DNA of 64,000 bases from an uncultured Nitrososphaerales archaeon (GCA_963841565.1 CAWJCY010000001.1:64001-128000); one strand, 5' to 3'; positions 32,607 to 44,017 are shown, counted from the first letter of the stretch. Notes: generated by a model not told the origin, from the letters alone. Numbers and translations are program-made.

Positions 32607-32780
32607 AGTTTAAAATAGACACAATTACAATATAATAGTTTTGATATCAAAAAGTATAATAATTTCTAAATATTTATATGGTTTGAATATTAATATCAAT
32701 AATAGATCGATATTATTTAAAATGTCATACGATAGCACTTTGTAAAGGCTTTAATACGAAATTTTGAGTTAATATAAAAT

Positions 32781-32870
32781 GGGTCCGTCGCCTAGTCAGG
32801 AGAGGGTGCTGATACAACAAGCACAGGCCTCCGAAGCCAGTTGTTGTGGGATCGAAGCCCACCGGACCCG
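32781..32870 (+). tRNA. tRNA-Arg(CCG) with 15-nt non-canonical intron at 29/30 (32812-32826)
   Basis: Acceptor GGGTCCG/CGGACCC. Removing the intron restores anticodon stem CTGGC/GCCAG around CT-CCG-AA. BHB central helix GTGC/GCAC. Confidence 0.92.
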
Positions 32871-33053
32871 AGAACCATTCTATGATTTAAGAACTAGCGG
32901 AAGAAGCAGATTTTATGCACGAAAAGACGGCTTTATTTGACCTTGCTAGGTCACCAGCTGCTATATCTCAGGCCTTAGCGATTGGAGTTAAAAACCATTC
33001 TCTCGTTGATGTTGGCAAAAATATTTATAGATAATCATAAGGAGAAAAGGCTG

Positions 33054-33434
33054 TTGTCGCAAGAAGTCGTTGGCCTGTCAGATAGGACGAATATATTGCT
33101 GAATAGGAGGGAGATCACAGTCCTTTTCAAGGAACAAGCGGGCAAATTAAGGAGAACCGAGGCATCAGAGATGGTTGCCAAAAAGTTTGGGCTGAGCAAG
33201 AATTGCGTCATTCCTATGAATATGAAGAGTGAGAGAGGCAAAAAGGATTTGATTGGAACGTTTTACGCATTTAATACTGAGGCGGAAACCAAAAGTCAAG
33301 TGCCTCAATATAGATTATTGAGAAATCTGTCTAAAGAAGAAAGAAAGAAGCTGATCAATGAGGAAAAGGCTGCTAAATTAAAGGCGAAACAGACTGCTTC
33401 TTCAGAGGCGAAAGCTTCGGGCAGGGGTAGGTAG
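33054..33434 (+). CDS. rps24e: 30S ribosomal protein S24e
   Basis: DRTNILLNRREITV...; adjacent to rps27ae; TTG at 33054 follows a TTTATA box. Confidence 0.85.
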   Translation: MSQEVVGLSDRTNILLNRREITVLFKEQAGKLRRTEASEMVAKKFGLSKNCVIPMNMKSERGKKDLIGTFYAFNTEAETKSQVPQYRLLRNLSKEERKKLINEEKAAKLKAKQTASSEAKASGRGR

Positions 33435-33435
33435 T

Positions 33436-33627
33436 ATGGCGAAAACGAATACAGGATCTGTATACAAATTTTATAAGATTGAAGGCGATAAGGTAACCAG
33501 GTCCAAGAGAGATTGCCCCAGATGTGGAAAAGGGGTATTTATGGCTGAACATAAGGATAGACTTAGCTGCGGAAAATGTGGATTTACTGAATTCAGTAAA
33601 AAAGATAACGCGAAAACCGGATCGTGA
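33436..33627 (+). CDS. rps27ae: 30S ribosomal protein S27ae
   Basis: CPRCGKGVFMAEHKDRLSCGKCG. Confidence 0.96.
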   Translation: MAKTNTGSVYKFYKIEGDKVTRSKRDCPRCGKGVFMAEHKDRLSCGKCGFTEFSKKDNAKTGS

Positions 33628-33983
33628 AGGGAGATTATTTCCACATTACAGTAAATTCATGCGTAGCTAAAGGTATAGAGATTCGAATCCTCGCATTATG
33701 TTCCACCTCAGTGACTTAGGACATTTTGTGGGAATTTAGGCAATTGTGGGGTTCCAATATTTTCTCGCATTTAATCGGTTGCTTCTTTCGTCTCATAAAT
33801 TGAATCATTGTTGATCACATCATCAAGATCGCAATCCGTTTGTTTTCGAGTTAAGTACGTACTGGTTCCTGAATCGCAGTTGCCTTGCATTAATACGGTC
33901 CTCTAATGCAAGAGCATTAATACATTGAAAATGATGAACAATCGTACATACATCGACGAAATTGGCTTCAAAAGAGACCCATA

Positions 33984-35135
33984 TCATGCCTTCTCGTTTA
34001 CTGACATTTTTATGGATGAAGGTCGCTGAAAAACCTCCAAGGCATGTTGGTCTCGTAGCCATACATCCATAATATCAAAATTTAAGCACTCACACCTCAC
34101 CCCCAGCATGGTTGAAACATTCGGTTCACAATACTCCTTTCCACCCACAAACTGTTTGATATGTAACCCACCTTCTGCATTGATTTCGAGATCAAAACTC
34201 TTACCATCAATCTTGCCTACCTTAACACTGTGCACATCCCTTCTGATGATCCTCTTCTTGTTTCTAAACCAGACCGTGCGTCCACTGAGTGAAGGTAAGC
34301 ATTCAAGTTCCTTATTACTTACTAATCTTTCTGCGATAATTGAAACCCTAGTCATAGAATCAAATTTCATTGGATATCGCGGTAAATTCTTGGAGGCGCT
34401 TAACACAAAAAGCTCAATCCCTTTCTCCTTCATGTTAATATTGTGTTCAGTTATAATTCGCCGCTTCGGCTTTATAATCTCAGCAAAAAACGGCCTACCT
34501 TTACCAAGTACAAGACTTTCTTTATCTTCGCCACCGATCCATGAAAATTTTACATTTGCACCTGAAGTTAATTGCTTAAGATATCCAGATACCACTTCTT
34601 CCAAACTGAAGGAATTGTCGTATTGGGAATCATTATCCAAAAGTTGATCCTTGGTAATGGCCAGGCCTTTATGTTTTTGGGGTATCCCGCGCCTCTTTTT
34701 TAAATACTTACATGCGAGTACAATAGGTGTGGGAATGATATTAAAAAAAAACTCATTATTTTCATTGATTATCAGGTCTATTCTGAGATCTGGAGATATG
34801 TAATCCATTTCCTTATTTAGAGCATGTTTCAACATTTCTCTAAGGTTTGACAAAAATTGGTTCTTGATACTGTTTCTTCCTTTAAGCCTCAGTCTTGATC
34901 TAATACTGTCTTCTCTTTCTATGTAAGAGGAAGGCAGCGAGACCCCAATCTGAAAAGTTCTAAATTCATATCCTTCGCCCATTCTGCTGACTAGCGCATT
35001 ATTAATGGTCTCCAGCTTACTCATCAGATTGTTACAAATAAAGCACTCGTTTGCTTCTTTTAGATTCCTTCTGTCGATGAACCCTTGTCTAATCCTGCAT
35101 TCCTTACATAAAGATATAGAATTTTTCAAATCCAA
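33984..35135 (-). CDS. pus10: tRNA pseudouridine synthase Pus10 (divergent)
   Basis: N-terminal CxxC/CxxC, KYLKKRRGIPQ, GGEDKESLVLGKGRPF, AEGGLHIKQFVGG. Confidence 0.85.
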   Translation of the reverse strand: MDLKNSISLCKECRIRQGFIDRRNLKEANECFICNNLMSKLETINNALVSRMGEGYEFRTFQIGVSLPSSYIEREDSIRSRLRLKGRNSIKNQFLSNLREMLKHALNKEMDYISPDLRIDLIINENNEFFFNIIPTPIVLACKYLKKRRGIPQKHKGLAITKDQLLDNDSQYDNSFSLEEVVSGYLKQLTSGANVKFSWIGGEDKESLVLGKGRPFFAEIIKPKRRIITEHNINMKEKGIELFVLSASKNLPRYPMKFDSMTRVSIIAERLVSNKELECLPSLSGRTVWFRNKKRIIRRDVHSVKVGKIDGKSFDLEINAEGGLHIKQFVGGKEYCEPNVSTMLGVRCECLNFDIMDVWLRDQHALEVFQRPSSIKMSVNEKA

Positions 35136-35161
35136 GTATGACGCTAAATCCTAAATACCAA

Positions 35162-36530
35162 CTATCCCATCCCGAATCGCCGGAGCATTCCCTGCATCTG
35201 CCTTCCTTTTGCCTGCTTCATAACCGCTTTAGAATTACTGTACTGCTTAATAAGGTCCTTAACATCATGTTCAGTTAATCCTGACCCTCGGGCGATACGT
35301 TTCCTCCTGGAATCATTCACGATATCTGGATCCGAGCGCTCCGCGGTTGTCATAGACTGAATAATAACCCTCCATTTATCCAATTTGCCTTGGATTGCAT
35401 CTAATTGGTCTTCCTTTACCATCCCAGATAATCCAGGGAGGTTATCGATGATGTTTCTAAGACCCATTTTTCCGACATTCTCCATCTGTGAATAAAAGTC
35501 TTCTATTGTCATTTTCCCACTTAATACCCTTTTCGCCTGATTTTCATCGGCCTTAAGCTCTAATCCTTTGGCCATCTCAAGCAATGCCTTTATATCGCCC
35601 ATCCCTAGTAGACGACCAACAAATCGTGTCGGAGAGAACATTTCTAAATCATCAATTCTCTCGCCTGTTCCAATGAACATTACTTTGGCTCCTGTAGCTA
35701 CTACTGCAGCGAGAACCCCTCCGCCTTTTGCCGTTCCATCGAGTTTCGTGATAACTATGCCTCCGATCGGAGCTGCACTATGGAACGCCTTGGCCTGATT
35801 AAAGGCTTGTTGGCCTATAGTACCATCGATCACCAATAATACGAGTTCCGGTTTGGCGACTTCGTACATGCCCGTCATTTCGACCAAAAGACCGGATTCC
35901 TCCTTATGTCTCCCAGCAGTATCAACGATCACAATGTCAATGTTTTGTTTTCTGAAATAATCGATCCCTTCGCCAACAATCTTTATGGCATCATACTCGC
36001 CTTCTTTACCATACACTTCTACGTTGACCTTGCTACAATTCATCCTTAATTGAGTTAGAGCCCCAGGTCGAAATGTGTCCGCGCCTACTACACCAACTTT
36101 GTGCCCATGCTTGGTGAACCACCTAGCCAGTTTTGCGGAAACCGTAGTCTTGCCACTTCCTTGAATTCCTAACATGAGTACAACGTTGAGTTTTCCTGGT
36201 TTGAATGAGAATAATTCTCCTTCAGGCTGAGCCGACTTATCTATGGTTTTTATCTCTTCACCCGTATAACCTAGAAGCCTAGCTAATTCGCCGTAAAGTA
36301 TTGTTATGATATGATCTTTGCGAGAAAGCCCCTTAGGCGGTTGCTCATTAAGGCGAGCGCTGTTTAATATTCTGCGTTACGGTAAGCACGAGTTTTACAT
36401 TAACATCAGACTGCAACAATGCCCTTTGGACGTCCTTGCAAAGTGATTCTACTAGATCACGATTAATGTCAGAAGCGCCAATGATTTTCTTAAGTGCGCT
36501 TCTCAGGTTTGTTCTAAGGCTGTCGAGCAT
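35162..36530 (-). CDS. srp54: Signal recognition particle protein Srp54 (one extra base near 36355; likely intact)
   Basis: DVQRALLQSDVNVKLV, GIQGSGKTT, DTAGRH, TKLDGTAKGGG, SRRKRIARGSG. Span is 1369 nt = 3n+1. Confidence 0.94.
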
Positions 36531-36542
36531 GTCCTTTCTTCC

Positions 36543-37229
36543 TTATTTTGATTTTAGCCCTACGCTAGTTATCTTAAAAATTCCACGCTGACCATCCCAT
36601 TGAATTTCAGATTCCAAAACGTCAACTATTTCATGGTGGATAGGACTATCCAAGACTAAAGTTTCTGCTTCGCCTCCTTCAAAATTCAAATTAAAGTGAT
36701 TACGATCACTCAACTCAATTAATCGTTCCAGTTGCTTGTCGTCTATTATTTTCCCCAACCAGTCTCGATCCAGACCCATAGTCGAAACACTTGTTATAAG
36801 AGTTTTGAAGCCGTTTGAAACTAGTTCTCTCATGAACTTGATTGCAGGTTTGCCCCATAGCGGGCTAACAACACGAAGACCAAACTTGGAACAGCAGTTG
36901 CTGAAATTGGAATTTTGAAATCTACTAGAAATACCGCCGTGCACAATCCCATCAATATGATATTGAGCCCTCGCTTGACTGATTAGACCTTCAATCGCTT
37001 TTAGCTCACATTGTAAATCAGTTCCCTTTACTGACGATGCTAAGTGGGGAAGTCTTATTGCTTTCGCCACTAAAGGAGTGATACAGACGTTCGGAAAATG
37101 AAAAAGTAGGCTTTCGTTACTTGGTGGGAATAACGTCAATAAGCAACTGATTTCGTGCCCATGCTTTATGCTTTCATAGATTGCATAGGTACTATCCTTT
37201 CCTCCAGAAAAAAGACATCCAAGCCTCAT
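36543..37229 (-). CDS. dph6: Diphthine--ammonia ligase (DUF71)
   Basis: MRLGCLFSGGKDS, SPLWG, FEGGEAETLVLDSP; ATG at 37229. Confidence 0.9.
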   Translation of the reverse strand: MRLGCLFSGGKDSTYAIYESIKHGHEISCLLTLFPPSNESLLFHFPNVCITPLVAKAIRLPHLASSVKGTDLQCELKAIEGLISQARAQYHIDGIVHGGISSRFQNSNFSNCCSKFGLRVVSPLWGKPAIKFMRELVSNGFKTLITSVSTMGLDRDWLGKIIDDKQLERLIELSDRNHFNLNFEGGEAETLVLDSPIHHEIVDVLESEIQWDGQRGIFKITSVGLKSK

Positions 37230-37339
37230 TCGGGTTACCTTCCATATGTAGCTATAAATAAGTATTGAATGGAATTTAGCTTTTTCCTCTAGGTTTATAG
37301 AGTATTGTCGAATATCAAAAGTCTTCATTAGCACTCAAA

Positions 37340-38000
37340 ATCCCACCTGTACAACTGCAGCGATAGTCGTTCTTCCGTTCCCCAGATTGTCTTCATCCCC
37401 ATCTTTTCATGCGTTTCCACCTTCCTGCTCTAGTTCCGATTCTCTGGACTTGTCGCAGGCCTGCTCATCATGCTGATATTGACTTGGCGCTTCTTTGACC
37501 TCCAGCTTTACATTGATGTCATCTTCTACAACAATCTCTCCATTAGAAACGTCTCCGACATTGCTGTCATTGTCATTGGAATCCTACTAGCCTTAATTTG
37601 CTATTGAAAAGCAGTCATTTTCCGTGTCCAGAATCCCATCGTCGTCGTCTGAATCAAATGTTTGCTCTCCTTCGATAAGAGTAAGACTGGGCGCTGGTGT
37701 GTATCTAAGAAAGATCACACACGTTGATTATCGCTTATACCATCATTATCAGGATCTTCTTAATCGGGATTAGGTTGAAACAATGGCAGATACTACTTTT
37801 GGATTGACGGGTGTAGTGGCGGCCATATGCCTGAAAGGTATAATGGATGTCATTAGTGAGCTCACTTGGGATTGGCAGCTTGCCCAATGAAGTCGAAGTA
37901 GGCTATGCTGGTTCTTCTTCAGGTAACCGTGATTCTTGTTTCCATATCTGATACCTCGCTTTCCCTAGGTCAACAAGTATAATTACATTTGTCTTAATCA
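37340..38000 (-). pseudogene. Decayed thrombospondin type-3 (Ca-binding) repeat protein
   Basis: Fragments PNPD*EDPDNDGISD, DSDDDDGILDTENDC and AN*G**DSNDNDSNVGDV with stops; limits approximate. Confidence 0.6.
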
Positions 38001-38844
38001 TATAAGGAAATATTATCGAACTTCGTTTCTCTCCCATAGGACTGCAAGAAGCGACTCGTTTAGATTCTATGCGTTTTTAACAGCCTCAAACCTTCCTCTA
38101 CTTCTTCAGATAACCATTGACGTTTCACGCCTTTTGTTATTTTCTCGTAATGCTAAGTGAGCCAGCTATTCGACTGATTCAACAACTTACCATTGATTAG
38201 TATGTCCCTACTGGATGATGTTAGTTCGCAACTATAAGCAAGTACAAATGAATTGTACCGATCAACGTTTGAATAGACGGTCCATAATATCTGTTTGATA
38301 CTCTCATAGTTGTCTCTGTTAGGTTGTTAAATTCTCTTGAGCATAGGTCAACTTAATTATCCAACTAGCTAACTTTATGTCTTCTATCTTGGCAAGTAAG
38401 GACTCGCGGTTTGTTCCTTCCGAACCCTCTGTCAAATCAAACTTAAAAATACAATGAATGGAATTGTGCGAATATAGACAGACCATTTCCAGATGATATA
38501 TTTAAAGCCCTCCAGGTCAACTTCAAGCGTCGAAGTTGGCTTTGAAAAGTGGGAGTTCTAGGTAGTCCCATGTCATACATTTAACTAAGTATTATACGAT
38601 CAGAATTTTGAACCTGGTTGATTAGGGGTGGATGGATGCTTCAGGACTCATAATCAACATCACAAAGGCTAATCTCAGACGGCTCTTCCTTTTCATCATT
38701 AGCATCCTTTGCCTCTGAAGGTGATTAAGTAATAAATGTATAACCTGTAATAGTGGCCTTCGAAGTAGGAATTTGGTGGCTCAAAATATGAGAGCCGGCC
38801 AGACTCGCTAGAACTTTAAATACAGACAAGTATAAATTAATCAA

Positions 38845-39036
38845 TTGTCAGCTTTCTGTTTGAGTGGGCTACTAACATCTTGTTTATTTGTTAAAGCAAG
38901 CACTTTGAATATCTTGCCACCAGGGACTGTAAAGAATGAAGCTACTTTTTTTGCCATGGTAGGCATATTACTAGCTCTAGTTGCTATCGCATACATACTT
39001 CGAATACGAAATAGGCGTCAAGTCACTGATACATAA
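38845..39036 (+). CDS. Small putative membrane protein
   Basis: TTG about 25 nt after TTTAAATA; C-terminal TM followed by basic RIRNRR tail. Confidence 0.4.
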   Translation: MSAFCLSGLLTSCLFVKASTLNILPPGTVKNEATFFAMVGILLALVAIAYILRIRNRRQVTDT

Positions 39037-39123
39037 ATGAATAGGCGGTGGTAAAGCGAATGACATTTCCCTGTTAAAATAGCGGCAAAACTCATATATT
39101 GCTTTCAAGGCGAAGTGTCATAG

Positions 39124-39663
39124 ATGGAAATACTCCAGGACAGAAATTTGGGAAAATACCTATTTGATAAATACTGCACTAATCCTAAAAATTGGAAGTT
39201 TTTGATTAATCCTTCGTACCATAATGACGGCTTCTTTGATGCAACAATTTCTAATTTTGATGAGGTATGGCAAATTAAGGTAGATTCAATCTATAAGCCT
39301 GTCCCTATAATAATTGGAACAAAAGTTGATGCGGACGTTACCAGGGTTTATAAACAGATTGATTCTGCTCCATTTGGCTACAGAAAAATTGACCCGGACT
39401 CAATATTGAAGATTTTGCTCAGAACAGTCGACGACGAAACAGATACTGCGAAGCCAACCAAACTACCAAGGACTAATTTAGTCAATATATTAAATTCAAT
39501 TGAACCAGTTATACCGTCTCAACAAGGAAGTTATGCATATGGTCCGTTCACATTTTCAAATACTAGCCCCGTCATGAAAAATGATCAGCAAAGGAATGTC
39601 AGCGAAAAATTGTCTCGAAAATTGAGACAAATTTTGAAAGATAGATATTCATTATATGGATAA
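39124..39663 (+). CDS. Hypothetical protein
   Basis: 179-aa ORF with normal composition and an upstream TATA-like box. Confidence 0.75.
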   Translation: MEILQDRNLGKYLFDKYCTNPKNWKFLINPSYHNDGFFDATISNFDEVWQIKVDSIYKPVPIIIGTKVDADVTRVYKQIDSAPFGYRKIDPDSILKILLRTVDDETDTAKPTKLPRTNLVNILNSIEPVIPSQQGSYAYGPFTFSNTSPVMKNDQQRNVSEKLSRKLRQILKDRYSLYG

Positions 39664-40586
39664 ATGAACTTTGACCCGATGTAGTCCATTAACCCAGCGA
39701 ATTGACTTGATACCATTCATAGCAACAGGCCAGAATTGAACATCACCTTTAATCAATTTGTGGTGGTGCCTAAAATTCAGGTCACTATGGCATAGGCCTT
39801 TTGGAATAAAAAGCTGTACAATCAACGTTTCCCTAACTAAAACAAAGTTTAGAGGATTCGTCTGTAAAGTGTAAGGTGTCCTATTGAGACACATTACACA
39901 TTGTGATTTTCGTATTAAAATATTGGAAAACTCTAGCAAGAATACTGCACGATTGGAAACGAAAACCTACTTACTGTGAAATTGGATTCGGTTAGACGTA
40001 AACCAAGGAGTCTGCGAGAGTTAAAAATTGAATTTAACTAATAGGTAATAATATAATTTGATACTGATCATTGGAAAGGGAATTTGTTACTAAATATTAG
40101 CCCATTTCCTAATTATTGGGAACAGTGTGCAGCCAAATAAAGCTCAACATAGGTCATATCATGTATTTGTTACACCGATCGATATCTAGTAACCTTCCGT
40201 TCTGTTCAAGAGTCAAAAGATGAAGTCACAATACATTCATTGCGATGCCATACGGGATCTACTCGTTGCTGATAATGCGACATTTATGTGTACAACTATC
40301 CGGTGTACTGGCTTTCGTAGGTTTACAGTGGACCGGGACAAAAGTATATGCTATTAGTATAAAGAATAATTAACCATCAAAATTTAAAATATCCGAATTT
40401 GGGTTTAGTTGTTTAGAACAGACAGAAGTTCAAATGAAATTATTTTAATCGTGGGACTATTTTCTGCTTACATTTATAAATCATTAGACTATCCTCTGAA
40501 ATGAACGCAACATTGTATGTCACTTGTAATTTCACCAAGGTTGATATGACTTTTGATAATTCTTTCTTTATCAAACTGAAACTGAG

Positions 40587-41717
40587 GTGACTAAATTGGA
40601 TCGCCCCAGATCGGCAATTCTTATCACCTACCCCGAAACAGAATCTATTGAAGAGGCGACTGCACTTGCCGACGCGGCCGGGTACAAGGTTTGGAAAACA
40701 GTTACTCAAAAGAATATAACGAGATCAAGATTTGGAATTGGTCATGGAAAAGCTCTTGAAGTGCAGGAGATGGTTAGAATCTCCAATCCAGATATTATTA
40801 TATTTGATGAAGTCTTGAAACCGTCACAGCAGTATAATATTGCCAGCCTATGCAGGATAGAAGTATTAGATCGTGAGAGATTAATTCTGGACATATTTGA
40901 GAGAAGGGCAATTACAAAGGAATCGACGATTCAGGTGAAATTAGCCGAGCTAAGATATGAAACAGTTAGAATAAAAGACAAAGTCAGACTTGCTAAATTA
41001 GGTGAGCAGCCCGGATTTTTTGGTCTAGGTAAATATGACGCCGATGTCTATTCTCTAGATCTTAAGAAAAGAATTTCATTTTTGAAGAAGAAGCTGGAAA
41101 AGGAGAAAAAGAAAAGAGAAATGCACAGGGTACAACGGGCAAAATCAGGGCTTCCAACGGTTTCGATCGCAGGGTACACTTCTGCTGGAAAAACGACACT
41201 ATTCAACAGACTCACCGGAGAGACAAAGCGGACAGGGGAAGGAATGTTCACTACTCTGTCTACTTATACTCGGTCGTTTAAAGTCAACAGAAATATGAAG
41301 CTCCTTATTAGTGACACCATTGGTTTCATTAATAAACTCCCGCCATATATGATAGATGCATTTAGGTCAACATTAAATGAGATGACTTACTCTGATTTGA
41401 CTCTCTTAGTTATCGATGGAAGTGATCCATTGAATGTAATTGACAAGAAGATACAAAGTTCAACAAAGGTGATGAATGACCTTATGATCCCGCTAACCAA
41501 GATCCTTTATCTGTTTAATAAGGCCGATCAGATTAAAGACCACGATTCATTTGTTAAGGCACTCACAAAATCAAAAGTATTTGATCCTTTAGCTAGTCAT
41601 TTCATGCTTATATCGTCTAAGACAGGATACAATATTGAAAAACTGGAAAATTTCCTTCGGCTTAGTTTCGATTCCCGATCATATTATGGATTACATTATG
41701 GTTCTGCCGTGGTATGA
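40587..41717 (+). CDS. hflX: GTPase HflX
   Basis: LDRERLILDIF, GYTSAGKTT, FTTLS, SDTIGFI, NKAD. Confidence 0.94.
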   Translation: MTKLDRPRSAILITYPETESIEEATALADAAGYKVWKTVTQKNITRSRFGIGHGKALEVQEMVRISNPDIIIFDEVLKPSQQYNIASLCRIEVLDRERLILDIFERRAITKESTIQVKLAELRYETVRIKDKVRLAKLGEQPGFFGLGKYDADVYSLDLKKRISFLKKKLEKEKKKREMHRVQRAKSGLPTVSIAGYTSAGKTTLFNRLTGETKRTGEGMFTTLSTYTRSFKVNRNMKLLISDTIGFINKLPPYMIDAFRSTLNEMTYSDLTLLVIDGSDPLNVIDKKIQSSTKVMNDLMIPLTKILYLFNKADQIKDHDSFVKALTKSKVFDPLASHFMLISSKTGYNIEKLENFLRLSFDSRSYYGLHYGSAVV

Positions 41718-41851
41718 ACATGAAATATGCACAGAGAGCTAATAGCTGAGCAATCAAATTATCAATTAGCAGTCAATAAGTGATATATAATGCAAGAGAT
41801 TATGGCCGTTTTTAGAAAGTGAGCGGTATTACAAGGGTATTTTTAATAGCG

Positions 41852-43114
41852 CTAGCCACGTAAGCGAAGGCGCGTCCTGGACATGCTCTTTTGAATTGCG
41901 TCCATTTCCTTTGCTATTGCCAACACTTGTTTCTGGTCTAGGTCAAGTAACATGAGGAACTGTTCAAAATTTCCATGCTTTGACAAGATGGAAATAAAGT
42001 AAGGCAGGGTCAAAGATCCACATGCACTATTCCCCGAATGAGTCTCAACTGAAAGGATTGGGAATATAGGCCTAAGGCCTTGGCTTCTTGAAATTACCTG
42101 CATAATAGTAGGCCACAGGAAACTATACTGAGAATAGTTAATTCCCCTGTTTCGGGATAGGCTATATATCTTGTTTACAAGCATCTCATCAAGATACCTT
42201 AACAATCTCCAATTTCGGTTTTGAAATATCCTCCCAATCCAGATGTCAATCGAGGATAAAATCTCAAGAAGGCCTGCTCTTGTGTTCATATCTAGTGTGC
42301 GACATGAAATAATACTTGTATAGAATGCATACAGAATATCCCTTCTCCTGTCTTCAGGAGATAACCCGAATCGTGGGTCTACGTAGTGGGAATCTGATCT
42401 GGCAAGGATACTCTTCGCATTTTCTAGAGAGGTATCAGCAAAGAATGCGTTAACAGCTGGCCCTATATCTATTTCAGACACGTGCTCATTGTCTGTCATA
42501 TACTGAGCATCTGCGGATTGTGCAAGGTTAAGTAGAGAACGGATATCTCCATGACTTCTCTTCAAGATCAAGTCTTTTTCCGTTATAGTAAAGTCTAAAC
42601 CTTCTTTGGACAAAATCCGGTCCAAAAGTTTTTCAGACAAGTCTAAGGGAATTGAATGAAATTCGATTACTTTGCAATTCTTAGTTACCTCCTTGATCCG
42701 CTGGTTCCTGGAATTGGATGCCAATACTATTGGTATTGTGGGTTCCTTTAGGATCCTAATTAGGAATTCAATTCCCCCCGTGTCTTGCCTTCGATAAATT
42801 CCGTCTACCTCGTCAAGAAACAAAAGAATTCGTTTACCATAAAGACTAGTATTATTGAGTACTGGAAGAATTCTAGATTCCAATATATCTCTAGTTCTTG
42901 AATCGCTAGCATTCATTTCGATTAAATCGTAGTTATATTCAGCTGAGAGTATGTGGACAAATGATGTCTTGCCAACACCCGGAGGACCTATGATAAGCAA
43001 CGGCCTTTTTCCATTTACCCAAGTGTTTAACCATTTTATAATCTGTGACCGAGCATCAGGATTTCCAACTAGCTCATCAAACCTATGAGGTCGATATTTT
43101 TCAGTCCACATCAT
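41852..43114 (-). CDS. rfcL: Replication factor C large subunit
   Basis: WTEKYRP, GPPGVGKT, IEMNASDSR, DEVDG, GDIRSLLN. Confidence 0.92.
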   Translation of the reverse strand: MMWTEKYRPHRFDELVGNPDARSQIIKWLNTWVNGKRPLLIIGPPGVGKTSFVHILSAEYNYDLIEMNASDSRTRDILESRILPVLNNTSLYGKRILLFLDEVDGIYRRQDTGGIEFLIRILKEPTIPIVLASNSRNQRIKEVTKNCKVIEFHSIPLDLSEKLLDRILSKEGLDFTITEKDLILKRSHGDIRSLLNLAQSADAQYMTDNEHVSEIDIGPAVNAFFADTSLENAKSILARSDSHYVDPRFGLSPEDRRRDILYAFYTSIISCRTLDMNTRAGLLEILSSIDIWIGRIFQNRNWRLLRYLDEMLVNKIYSLSRNRGINYSQYSFLWPTIMQVISRSQGLRPIFPILSVETHSGNSACGSLTLPYFISILSKHGNFEQFLMLLDLDQKQVLAIAKEMDAIQKSMSRTRLRLRG

Positions 43115-44017
43115 CTAATGCGTAACAGTTCCAAGCCCATTATTTACTATTACTTTAGATATCTACCGAATACGTATTGTATGTTTGACTCATGAAAGAA
43201 TCTAGTCATATATGTCAATTCATTCGTTGTGATGCGCACACATAAGTCAGAATCATCTTTTCAATCATGAAAAACCAAAAAGAGGAAATCACCTATCCTG
43301 TATAAAACGTCTAAGTAATGGTCGTTGGTTTATAGACCTGTATAATTGAATATCTGATCGATACAGACTAAAATGATGTTGATGTATACTTGTTACGGCA
43401 TGCTAATTCAAGTATAGCCCATGACGTATACTACACATTAATCGACGATCTGGATTTCTCGAGAAACTACCTGGTGTACGCTTAACCCTGGTTAACTCTT
43501 GTATGGATATTATCTCATAAGAATCCAGATATCATCCAAGAATTCATAAATGTCTATACAAATGGTGGTATGCATACTGCTAGCGTGGTGTAGTACATGT
43601 TTATATACTATATCGTCTTTTTTTCAGATTGCAAAACTTCAATAGTTGTTGTGTTATTAGATACTACGACTGGCATGTAAGTTGAAGTGGTTTACTAATT
43701 GGTTTTCATTAGCATATACTAACGGTGATTAATTTCTAAAAATAGTATTCAAATGTCCTGCAATTGGTTTTATTAGTTCAAAATTTGAAGTCAAATGGAT
43801 TAATCTTCTCGTAGACAAACCAAACAATGATAGAAGTTTCACATGAGCAGCGTGAACTCCGAAACATAAAGTCTTGGCATATTTAGGAGGTTGGGAGTTA
43901 AAACAAACAAGATTCTTTATACAAAGATATTATCTACTTTGTAGTAGTATCCCAGGAGTCATTTGAGTGGCCTGGAAACACGATCTCTGTATGACAATTT
44001 TGCTTGGAATGTGGCAT

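Noticed and set aside
34108-34647. 179-aa plus-strand ORF and the many similar antisense ORFs
   Set aside because: Shadow frames of confidently identified genes, with no motifs of their own.
39652-39939. 95-aa minus-strand ORF (likewise 54888-55106)
   Set aside because: No recognisable motif and atypical composition; cannot support as genes.
43425-43600. Short inverted repeats suggesting a MITE
   Set aside because: Only 8-9 bp, asymmetrically spaced, and no target-site duplication.
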